A stretch of 64,000 nt of DNA from Raillietiella orientalis (taxonomy: Eukaryota): NCBI GenBank assembly GCA_036172245.1, contig JAYWIR010000002.1:1922001-1986000 (forward strand). The letters run 5' to 3'. The translations under genes were made by a program, and so were the position numbers. Positions 13,603 to 31,600 of the stretch are shown one piece after another. The notes under the pieces were generated by a model, which was given only the letters and a program-made list of their open reading frames with translations, searched no databases and was not told the origin of the DNA. How positions within the stretch are numbered: the stretch's first letter is position 1; every line of letters starts with the position of its first letter.

Positions 13603-13650
13603 CCCGGTGAGCAGGCGAGCTCACCGTGGTGAGCTCGCCTGCTCACCGGG
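13603..13650. repeat. Perfect 23-bp inverted repeat with 2-nt spacer
   Basis: CCCGGTGAGCAGGCGAGCTCACC-GT-GGTGAGCTCGCCTGCTCACCGGG. Confidence 0.95.
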
Positions 13651-16600
13651 AGCTTCTTCTTCTTCGGGTCCCTGGACGCCCTCCCCCTCCTTTCACCGGG
13701 AAGCCCTTTGGCCCATAGAGACGCCTCGACTCGCCTGCCATAGGCTGCCAGGAAACCAGAGGGCGCCTCCTTTCGCTTCTCCTGGCCCTCGTCCTCTCCC
13801 CAGACTCTTCCGCCCTTTCCAGAAGGCGAAGCAGCCAAGGAGGACTGGACCTGAAACCTCACCCACCCATCCTTCCTCCCCATATCCCTCATCCATTGTC
13901 CCCTGCCTCCGTCGCAAGGCACCAAGAGGCGAGGTTCCATTCTGCGCACGAGAAAACGGCAACGCCTCTGCCACCTCCTGGCGAAAGAGCTAAGCAAAAG
14001 GAGCTACACTCGTAGCCCCAAAGAGGGCGCGCACAGCTCGCCGAACAAAGGCGCGCGCGGTTCGTTGTGGGAAGCGAGCGCTGCAGCGCACTATGAGCGA
14101 GAAGATAAAAATTGGAAGGGGAGCAGGAGGAAGGACGGGAAGATAGGGACTAATCGGTGGCCTCTATACGCGCACGCACGTGTGTTTCTCCCTTTTTATT
14201 TCTTCCCTCGTTTTCATCTTACACGCCTCCCCCCCGGTTTCCTCCCGTGGCTCCTCTCCTTGCCGCAGTGCGGAAACGGGACGCAGCGTGCGCGCCATCT
14301 GTGCTTTCCGCGGACCCCACGCGCAACGGTTGAGCGGGCCGGTTCCTCGTCGACGCTCCCCGGACTGCCGCTGCCTGTGCTCTATCGGCGGGGTGCACTG
14401 GTGTGGCCGGGCTGTCCCTCGTCCGGCCCCTCCGAGAGCTTGAAGAAGCGGAGGGGGAGCGAGCGGAGGGGGAGCGCCGGTGCCCGCGGGAAGGCAGCAC
14501 CGGCGCGGAAGGTTCGGGTTCCTCCGTGTGCGAGCACTCCGCGTCCCGGGAGGGCGAGCGGACGAGGAAGACTCATCGTCAGAGAGGGGAGGAGCGGAGC
14601 AGAGGCCGGCCATCCGCGGGGCGTCTCCGTGGCGGTGTCGCTCGGCCGGAGGATGGGAAGCGGGTGGCCCCCGCCCTTCAAGAGGGACGCATCCAGGACA
14701 CTCTCGTTCTGCCCCCGGTAGGGGGACCCCCAGGACGGCCCCGCATCCTGGGGAGCAGCAGACGAAGGGAGATGGAAGGGAAGGCAACGGGTAAGCCGGC
14801 CGGTCGGGGGCGTGGAGGGGAGTGCGGGGAGTCACCGCAGCTGGGCCGAAAGAAGTCACTGGTGACTTCTTTCGGCCTATCCCCTTCCCCCGTCACAACC
14901 ACCCCTAAAGGGGGGAAGGGAGAACGCCCGCCTCCTGTGGGCAATGGTGCCTTCACTTTCTCCTTCCCCCACTCCTGAATGGACTCCCCTGCCTCTGCTC
15001 CCGTCCTGTCCCAGATACCCCCGCCGGCGCTCCCCTTTCAGAGGAATGCGGGGACCCAGGAGCGCGAAAGCGGGTCTGGGACCGTCGAAAACCTACCACC
15101 GTCCCCTCACCTCGACCGATCGAGAACCCTCGCGGGACGCGGGTGGGGGTGGGGTGGGTGAAGCTTGCTGGCACCTCCGTCCTCGTTCTCTCTCTCGGAG
15201 CGGCCGTAGTCATGGAGACGGCGGGGGACGGGCGAGATGAAGGTACCCTCCTCCCCATTCCGGGAGCGAGCGTCGTCGGACGGAAGGGCCTGTCTGTGCT
15301 CCCACGGACCCCTTTGCCCACCCTCTCTCTCAGGAGAAGCCTCTCTGAGGAAAATAGAGGTGCAGGGGTGGATAGATTGGAGAACCGCCGAGGCTTCGGA
15401 ATACCCCAGCGATGCGAGCTCCCTTAGGAGGAGGAGGGGGAAGCGGGGGGGGGAAGGTGCGCCCGCGGGTTCTTTCGGAGCATTGGGGCCGGGGGTGTTC
15501 CTCCTGGAAAAGAGGGAAGAGGCAGGGGGCCCAGAAGCGCACCCACCCAACAGAAAAAAACAGGGGGGCACGGCCGTCTGCCGTACTCCTCGGCCTCTCG
15601 TGGGCTGGACTGGGGCACCCGCGGGGTGACCTCGCCGCGAAACCCGTGGTACGGGAGGGGAGGAGGAGCGACTCCTACGCTGGTGAGCGACGGAAGACCT
15701 TGGTCTGCAGGGGAGGGGGAGGGAAGGAAGAGGGTAAGGGAACGCCGCGGTCTTTATCCTCGTCCTCATCCTCCTGACGATGCGACCCCGCTGGAGCTCG
15801 GGGAAGGCCGCCGCCATCCTGCCGCTCCGCAGAGGGGGAGGAGAAGCGCTTCTGCCATCTCGCGGCGATCCTCAGCAGCAGCCTCCCGTCCCCGCTCTGG
15901 TTGCCCGCGCCCCTCTGCATCCCCGGAAAGCCCAAGGAGAACCCTCTCGCTCCTCGTCCCTTTCAGCGGGGTTTTCTGCTTTGCAAGAGGTCTTGCCGTT
16001 CCCGCAGCTCCCTGGTAGATGGAGGCCCCCTCGTATCTACTCAGCCACTCTCCTTCCCAAGATGTCTCCCGTAGAGGCTTCACCCGTGGTGAATCAATTG
16101 GCCCGAAGGACTGCGAGACCTTTGGGGGTCGCGCGGTGCAAGAGCGGTCCTCCTTCGCCGCTCCCCTTCCTCCCCAACCTTCCTGCGCTGTCCCCAACAG
16201 GAGAGAAGTAGCGCTGAGGCGTAGGTAGGCTGCAGCGTCTCCTGTCGAGCGTCTATCCGGGAAGGGAGGGAGGGGAGGTCCATGCATTCATCCCGAAGGA
16301 AATGAGCATCTTCGGGGAGGGGACTGCAGGGAGGAAACGGCAAAGGGCAGCACCTCCACACGGAAGGTGCTGCCGCGCGCGGCGGCCTCAGGAAGGAAGG
16401 AAACGCAGCGCCCCGTGTGCAGCCAGCCAGTCCACTGGGGGGCGGCTGCTGCGCGCGTTCCGGGGTGCACGGATACAGGCACGGGCGTGTCTTGGCGTCG
16501 GTAGGCGTGATCAGGGTCCCTGCTCGTCATCGAGCGAATCCGCGGGACGGAAGCCCTCCCTCCCCGCTGCGCCGTTGTCCCGCGCTGCCCTCCCCATCCT

Positions 16601-19600
16601 CCGGCCCGACCGACGAACCGTGCGGAGGGGGGGGGGGGCAACCGAAACTCCCAAGACCGGCAAACAGCTCCCCGCCTGTTCCCGTGAGATGAGGGGGGGG
16701 TCCGAGCCAAGTGGCAGAAGCGTTCCCTTTCTTATCCCCTCAGGAGATTTGCGGAGACGCGTCCGGAGGTGCTTCGGCTGCCGGCAGAGAGAAGCCTTCG
16801 GGGAAGATCGCGCGGCCATTGCCACTGCTAAGGCGTTCCCCGAAGAGGTTTTCAGGACGGACCGCGAGGAGGAAGAAGGAGGAGGAAGAGGGGGAGAGAC
16901 AACAATGGTGGCGGTGCATCTCGGCTGGTCGTCCCGGAAACGGCAATCTTCTGCGAGAGCTTGATGGGATGCGCCCTCACCGTCTTGACGACGTGATGCA
17001 AAAGACGATAAGGAGTGATGCGAAAGACGCCGCCGTCGTTCGGAAGCCCGGTGGTGACTCCCCCTCCGCCTTGCCGCCCTAAAGGTCGTTGCCGAAAATC
17101 CGTGCAGACGCAGGGATGCTGGAGGAGGAGTTCAGCAGCAGCAACTGCGCGGTGTAGCCCGTGTTTCGCGAGGCGTGCCCCTCACTCTCCCCACCCCCGA
17201 GCCCCAGGAGGGAGTGAGGGAGGGAGGGAGGGGGTGGAGATGAAGATGAGGTCAGAGCTCGCGGGTCGCAAGTGAAATCCCCCTCCGGCGACAGAAGCAG
17301 CGAGCATCCTCCTCGCGCGCCGTTCATCCCGTGGGCATCGCCTTCCAAGGTCGTCTCCCGGTGTGATGCGTGGATGGGTGAGTGGGTGGAGGAGGACTCG
17401 AGGACGGAAGTCGCCGCCGCCGTTACGCGCGTGCCGACTCGGCCACTCCTCCCCGCTTCCTCCCAGATGTCGCGGAGACCGCAAATCGGCCCAACAGGAG
17501 CTGCGGTGGCATCCGCGCGAAGCGTCTGGCCGCCGCCGCGCGCACTCGTCCGGGGGCGGGGATGCTTCCGGGAGTTGGGTTGCGCTCGGCCGTTCCGCAC
17601 GCCCGCGCGGTCGGGAGGCAGCGGCGGCGCCGGGTGAGCGCCGCCGCCCCGGCCCGATCGGCCACGCAGAGCGGTCCCGACGGAATCGATAAGGAGTGAT
17701 AGATCCCCTCCTGGAAGCCTCGCCTCCGTGACTGCAGGCAGAAGTGCAGCATCAGGGACCCCAGGGGAACGAGCAGCTGCGGAACTGGACCGTGGGAAGC
17801 ACGGAGAGCACGGGATTTCGGGTTCGCGCGGGAACGCAGAAGGAGGGGGCGACCGCGCCGGCGGATGAATCTTTCTCCCGGATCACGCGTGCGCGCAGCG
17901 GCGGCGCGAGGCGATCCCGGCTCGACGCTCGCTCAGGGAAGGGCGACTCCTGGCGCGGACCTGGCGACGCGGATCAGAGGGATTCGCTCCCGAGGCTCCG
18001 CAGCGCGCGAACGGGACGACGGTCATGCAGGACCCCTGCAGAACCCGGAAGGAACCTCCGCAGCGGCCTTTAGGCTCCAACAGATGGATTCGCCAGGGAG
18101 GAACGCAAGGCGGCGCTGTGGTTCCACGAAGGGGGGAGGTGCACTCCAGCCCGGGTGGGGGAGGGAGTCCTGAGGCTTTGCCCGACCCGCAAAGCACGGC
18201 GCCTCCCCTCCTCCCCCTTGCGGCTCGTCCAAAGTCATCACGCCCTGGTCTTGTCACGAAAGCCCGCATCCCCTCCGCGCCCCGCCTTCGCCTCAGGGGA
18301 AGGTGCAGCCCATGCCATCCGCGGGCGGGGCTGCTTGCTGCCCAGCCAGGATTCCCACTCTCGCTTGGCCCGATAGCGACTCTGACGGAGCAGCACGGTT
18401 GGTTGGCTGTCGGAGCTGTCCGCAGTCCGCTGCACTCACGGCCTTGGCACCGGTGCGCAGAGAGAGGCTTCCTAGGCATCCCGAGGTTCCAAGAGAAGCC
18501 CAGGCGATCTCCAAAGAGTGAGGCGAAGAGTGGAGAAGGAAAGAAAGCGCTTCCCGTCCGCTCGAGCGGCGACGAGCGAACTCTTCTGCGCCGTACCCTA
18601 CGCCTGGATGCGAGTCCGACGCTCAGACGCAGGGACCTCCACCGACCACTTTCCGCCTGCTTCGAGAGTACCGGGCATCGCGATGGTCCCTCCGATTTAG
18701 GGGTCCGCTTATCCCTAGCAACCGACGGTTCCACTAAGGCAGCGTGCCCCAACCTTTCCCCACGACGGAACACCAATTCACAAGTCCTGAAATTTTGATG
18801 GAACACCTTGGTTATTTTACAGGGTAAGTGGATATTCATAATGAATAAAGGAAGCAAGCAAATGTCAGAGTTAAGAAAACAAACAATTTGTCTTCGAATT
18901 TTCATTGTGTAATGTTTCTCATAATTTTTCACGGAGCACTTACTGACTTTCCGCGGAACACCAGTGTTCCGCGGGACATGGTTCGTTTGGGACACGCTGC
19001 TGCACGAAGGTGGGAAAAAGTGCAATCGAAAGACGCAGCAACGTCTTTGGCCCCAAAGCAGCAGCAGGGCTTCTCGGTACGGCCCGTACTGACGTCGACA
19101 GGTGGCGAGAAGAGTTTCAACTCTTCGATGCATCCACGCGTCCGCCTTTGGAAACGTCCAAGAGCTGTCTGAAGCAGACCTGGAAACGCCCAGGTCTCCA
19201 GACAGCTTCTCTGCTCTGGGTGGGGGGTGGTACATAGTGGGACATGGCTGGGTGAGGAGGATGCTTACAGTCGTGAGAGACATCGCAGACCAAAGGCTAC
19301 TTTGCCTCCGTACCACACAGCGATTGGTATTTTCATTTCTGGCGGCGTTTGAACTCACCGTGCAAAGGGTTAATTGCGTACGGCGACTGCCCGCCACGAC
19401 CGCAGGAACGACGTTTCTTTGTTTGTTTTTTACTCTCTGAGGATCTCTGGCTCGTGGTTCTTCCTTCCGGGTCGAAGGGAATTTAGAGAGGTGGGAAAAA
19501 GTGGCAATCGGAACCGACAGCATTGGCTGTGGACGATGGTCGGTTGGATCCAGAGTACAACGCAAAATAGCAACAACAAAAACGCCTCAGCATCAAAATA

Positions 19601-20709
19601 TCGATCGCCGACCCAAGCATCAGCGATTCTTTTCTTTTTCCCTTTGCGGAGTCGGTAGGCAAATAGTGCAGTTCTTGACCAAGCCCCAGTCAAATAGCAT
19701 TTTTTGATGCGGCGGTGCCTCGGGACTGCACTTCACCCTTTCTTCCTGTGCTCGTGCTCGAATATGTCTTTTCCATCAAAGCTTGCATGACGCTTGCAAA
19801 CTGAGCGGACAGTGAGCCACACAGTGAGGGAAAACGGGGAGGTGCCCACGAGGGGCACCTCGAGACTGCCACATGCTGCTGCCACGGCGGAGGCCGTTCG
19901 CTTTTGCGGCTGGCAGCTGACCGCTTTCTCAAGCAGCTCCCAAATACCCTGGTCTCAGGTGGGCGGCGCTGCCCAGTGACCCCCTCCGCAAGGCAAGGCA
20001 ATCCGGAAGTCAGCCTTGTGCCCGCGGCAACGGAAACACAGCTTTCCGCGTGTGCAAAATCCACTCGCTTCGAGCGGAGTGGATCCACTCGTTCGGAGTG
20101 GCTCGGGTCGCAAGTCCGCATTTCCGCAGGCATCGGAGGCCGCTCCTGGGATCCCGCGTGAGATGCTGGCAAATACGTCACTGTATGCTCATTCGCACTG
20201 CCGACTTGACCTAAAGGGGACCCCCCATTACTGACGTACTTGGCTTGCTGGGCATCCCGGCCACTTCACTCATCCAGGAAAAGCCGCTAATTCGGGTAAA
20301 TCACAAGCCGTCGCGACCTACCACTTCGTCCCCCCTCCCCTCGTCTTGTTTGACGGAGGATAAGTGGTGATGATGGGTCGTTTTCCACATTATGGGCCGG
20401 CACGCGTCCGCAATGTGTACGGCCCGCCGTTTTCGCTCTTTCGGGCTACAAACGACAAACAATTTCTGCAAGTGCTTACGGCGTAATGCCATTACGAATC
20501 GCGCGGCTTCCCAATGCTCGAAGCTGATAATGAAATTGGCAGGAAAGAGGTTCCCTGGAGCGGAAAACGCGCGCGCTCCTGGAGGATTTCATCTTCGAGC
20601 ATCACTCTGCTGACTACTTGCTACTTGCACGGAACGCGTTCACGCTGCGCTTCGCTGTCGTGTGGCACCTGCAAGTGCAAGGAGAAACCCACATGTATAT
20701 ATAGGAGAC

Positions 20710-20715
20710 TTTATT
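20710..20715 (-). terminator. Probable polyadenylation signal (AATAAA) of the calcineurin A gene
   Basis: TTTATT on + about 295 nt past the stop, followed on the minus strand by GU/U-rich sequence (tgtgggtttctccttgc). It coincides with the switch back to CpG-rich DNA. Confidence 0.65.
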
Positions 20716-21009
20716 TAAAATTTGAAAACCCGCAAAAACATGGCCAACATTCATATGGAATAAATATCAGGCTTAGAAAAAAGGTATGCTGTACACCAAC
20801 AACCAGAGGACGCTACATCAATGTGCAAATGACTAGCATAAAGATGATATGGGCCAAGGGTTAGGTGCCTAACAGCCAACTGCTAAATACAAATGCACTG
20901 GCTGGTGGCTGGAGCAATTTGAGGCAAACCCTGGGAAATCCGAGCGAATTTACAGGTGAGATCACAGGGAGGACCAGGACCAGTCCACTCAATCCCAGGA
21001 TATGGTCAC

Positions 21010-27843
<6,834 letters not shown>

Positions 27844-27994
27844 CGCAAGCACCTTCGCCAAACTCTCACGGTTCGTACATCGCACTACCAGCAAACGAGA
27901 GTGCACTGCAATTTTTTTTTTTGTCACGGCGACACGTTGTTCCCATCCGAGGTGTCACGGGAAGCACACACACCGCTCACAACACCGACATTTT

Positions 27995-28005
27995 AAGATG
28001 GCGGC
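27995..28005. promoter_or_regulatory. YY1/Pho-type motif AAGATGGCGGC in the presumed calcineurin A promoter/5'UTR
   Basis: Match to the established YY1 consensus about 150 nt upstream of the ATG. Confidence 0.5.
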
Positions 28006-28283
28006 GGCACTGCCTACTGTTAATTCGAGCGATTGTTGCGATTAGCTCCACGCATGTGCTACTTTCTTCGCGCCACCTCGTCAACTGCCTTCGGGAAGTG
28101 TTCCACCTCAGCGTTGCGTGATTGGGTTGAAATTTGTCTTGATTTTTGCACTTTATTGATTCTTTTAAAACAAACAGCGGAACGTCTGGGGAGCAGGGGG
28201 GAACGGGCAGGCGTTCCCGGGAACACACGGCACGCCTGGTTTCACAGGTAGAAAAAGGAGGACCTCGGCGATGGTTTCATTAC

Positions 28284-28313
<30 letters not shown>
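28284..28313. repeat. (CCG)10 microsatellite upstream of the calcineurin A gene
   Basis: Direct reading. Confidence 0.9.
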
Positions 28314-28315
<2 letters not shown>

Positions 28316-28577
28316 GGGATTTTTTTCGCCTCTTCTTCTTCTCTCTCCTTTCCTTTGCTTTCGTTCCGCCAGTCGCATTCCCCACTTTTCCATTATGGAA
28401 AGCTTTTTTTCTCTCCTTTTCCTCCTTTTCCCTTTTCAGGTGCAAATGATAAATAAGCTCGATGATTTTCGGTGGAATATATATATGAGTCATTCTTTAG
28501 GAATTTTGGCAATTCGTATCGTGAGAAACGGAAATAGGAAGAAGAAGATCTGTGAAGGGATTTTTCTTTTCTTTCCT

Positions 28578-28611
<34 letters not shown>

Positions 28612-31600
28612 AAAAAAGAAAGGCATCTTATGTAATGGAGTTTAGTGGAAACTTTTCTATCGGTTCGTTATTCAAAAAATGGAAAGGAAAAACACCCACA
28701 CACACACACACACACACACGAAAAAAAAGTGCTTCCGTTGATCTCGCAAAGAGGTGAGCCGATGGTGGTGGGTTCGAATGCCGTTCCGCAGGTGAAACCC
28801 GAAAGGTGCCACTCGAAAAAACATCCTCGAAACCGTACCCACCGGCATGCTTAGAAAAAAGCACATTTTTGAACCGTCACCGAAAAAAGCTAATCCATCA
28901 GGCTTTTCTCACACCGTCCTTGATAACAGGTAAGAGAGAAAAGGGGGAAGGAAAAAATCATTAACCAAAATAACGGGAAAAAACACGTAACTGCGCAGAT
29001 CATCAATTAAATTTTTCCCTTCAGCTGTTGTAAAAATCCATTATTGCACGAATCCGCGGCTGCAGCTGCTGCTTCCAGCCCGTGCCACCAGATGGGTTCG
29101 GAAGGAGTTCTTCCTCCGTTCTCCTGCCTCCGGGATCCCAAATCCTCCGAGCACGACTCGCGGTGCATACAGCAATAACAAGCAGAGCTCTGTTAAAAAT
29201 CAATTCCACTTTTTTTTTTTTTTTTCCCCTTCCTTCCTTTTCCCCTCCACTCCCTCCCTCCCTCCCTCGCTCTCTCTCTCTTTCTTTCTCTCTCCTCCCC
29301 CCCCTCCATCCCCTGACGAATTTTCCTCGAGCCGGAATAGGGTCAAGGGGGCACCGGAAGGGGGGGCTTTCCCGCGCGCCCCCAGCGAGTTCGACCGCCC
29401 GCGCAGACCTGCGTTCGATTCCCGCCGTGACAGCAGCGGCCGCTGCCATGGCGGGAATTCTTGCGGTAAGAAAAGAAGTGAGGCTGCGCGCTTCCGTCTG
29501 CAACCACCACGGACGGTTCTTGGGAACCCCAGCGCACGCATCGCGAGACTCTTCAGCCGGAAGACGAAAGAGCTTCCTCCCCTTCTTCGTGAGCCTCCTT
29601 CGCGACGAGCGGCAAGGGAGAAGATAACTGTCTCTGCATCAAGTTCCCCACTGAAAGATCGATTCTTCATTCAGACAAGAAGTTGGCCTGCTCATCCGTC
29701 TCTCGTGCTCAGGTCCTTCCTTCCATGGCAGCAGCCTCCGTCTCCGCCGCTGCTCCTGCTGCCGCCCGCCGCCGCGGTCGTCCTCCCGACCCCACCCCCT
29801 CCTCCTCCCTTCCCGAAGACGACCGTTCCCTGCAGCTTGCTCTCAACCGATGAGGTACACCTCATTAAAAATGCATTGATTGACCGATTTGCCGTTTCAC
29901 TTCGGCGCGGGCGGCCGCCAGCAGCGCCGCGCGCCGCCTGCGGCGAGATCGGAAGTCGCTGCCTTTTTCCACCGAGCGCGACCGACCCGCCGGCTTGGGG
30001 GTGCGGCGGCGAGCGCATTCCCGCGTGCACGCGCGAGGAAGAGGCGGGAGGGGTGCACGGCTTTTTGGCATTCGCCGATCGGGAAAGAAGGAAGCATCCT
30101 CGAAGATCGCAGCATCAGTTCGCGCTGAAACCAGACACCAGCAGCATGCCAGCGTGTAAAGGCGCACCCGCACCCAAGCGGAAGCGAGCGCAGCTCCCCG
30201 AGCGTGCGCCCCACGGCGCGAGGGACTCCGCCCTCGCTCGCCCCGCGGCGCGCGCAACCCGGAAGCGGGAGTGCCACCCGACGGAACCTTTGCCTACCGC
30301 TTGGGAAGGAAGGGGGAAAAGGGGGGAGGGGGGGGGGGGGAAGAAGGACGCAGGAGCGGGGCTGTGGACGTGGGCTGGTCCTCGTTGCCCTGCGTTGCCC
30401 CTCAAGGTGCGCCTCCCTCCGCTGCGTGACCCGGCCGCGACCCGACCTACGAGCCTCACTCGGCTCCCGCAGAGCCACGCGGGAGGTGAGCGGCCAAAGC
30501 CGCGCGCGCTGCTCTCACAGGATCCGGCGGCGAGGGTGGGGGACCCTCCGCGGGGGGTTGGAGTGACGGAAAGGGGAGAGCGGAGGTCGAGGGGGGAGGG
30601 GGCAGGGCGTATGCGCCTCCACAAGAGGCAGAACTCCCTGCTCCTGCAGGCATCAAAGAGATGCGCCGGGCGTCGGTGGCCCGTCCTCGATTGGAAGTGC
30701 GCCCGTGGTCTCTAACGTGATGTGGCAGGGAGAGGGCAATTGCGGTCGCACCTTCCTTCTTTTTTTTTTTTTCTTTTTTTTTCGTGAGGAGCACCATCGA
30801 GTCGCCTCAGGGGCGCGTGGGGCGTTCCCTACGATGCACGGCGGTCCCCGCGTCCCCAGCGGAAGCAATGGGCGCTTTCGTCTTCCGGCCCTTCCCTTCG
30901 TTGAGGTCCCACAGGGCGAGAAACGAGGGCGAGGAGGAGGAGGAGGGGGGGGGGGAGAAGCGGCCTGGACGCGCCCTCCTCATGGCCTCCGCCCCTGGTG
31001 TCCCTCCGTCCCGGCTGCCTCCTTCCCGGAAGCAGGAGAGTTCGCTTGGGGAGTTCCCGTTCGCTTCGCAGGAGCGAAATCCTCGAGGGGGCTCCAGGAA
31101 ACGTTCCCGGTCCGACGATCCCGGGAAAGAGCCAAAGAAACGAACGGAGGGACAAGGAAGGGGAGAGGGGAAAAAGAAGCCAGCGTGAGCAGCAGCAGCA
31201 ACAGGAGGGACGGGAAGGGAGGACGGGAAGGGACGAAGAGGAAGGGTTGCTCCGCTCCTCTCCCGGGGCCCGCTGGCCTGACGGACGGACGCTGCTGCGC
31301 TCGCGTGCACGCCTGCCAGCCCTCTTCCTCCTCCTCTTCCTGCCTCCGCGCGACGCACGACTAGCACGCCCTTCTCCGCACGCATCGAGTCGCACAGACG
31401 AGCGGCGTGCACCGCCATCTCGGCGCTCGCACATCCGCAACTGCGGCAGGACACCTGCACAGATGCATTAGGGAACCCCCCCAAAAAATGGAAGCCGCGG
31501 GGGGGGGGAGGGGGAAGGGGGGAGAGAGGAACGAAGAAATCCTCGGTGTAGCCCCTCCCCCCCCACCGCTTCCCCTCCCCCACTGCTGCCGCTGCCCTCC

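Noticed and set aside
15250-15450. RT-like phrase LLLRELASLGYSEASAVLQSIH on the minus strand
   Set aside because: Flanking diagnostic RT motifs are not recognisable; too weak to call.
98-20200. Many long overlapping ORFs (e.g. 11784-13382, 17883-19565, 1614-2729)
   Set aside because: Arg/Gly/Pro/Ala-rich low-complexity translations in several frames, running through homopolymers and microsatellites. This is expected from stop-codon scarcity at high GC, and no domain motifs were seen.
28740-28800. tRNA or tRNA-derived SINE (GGTTCGAATGCC B-box-like)
   Set aside because: No cloverleaf, no convincing A box and no second copy in the window.
29083-29097. CTCF-like motif TGCCACCAGATGGGT
   Set aside because: Only a partial match, likely by chance in GC-rich DNA.
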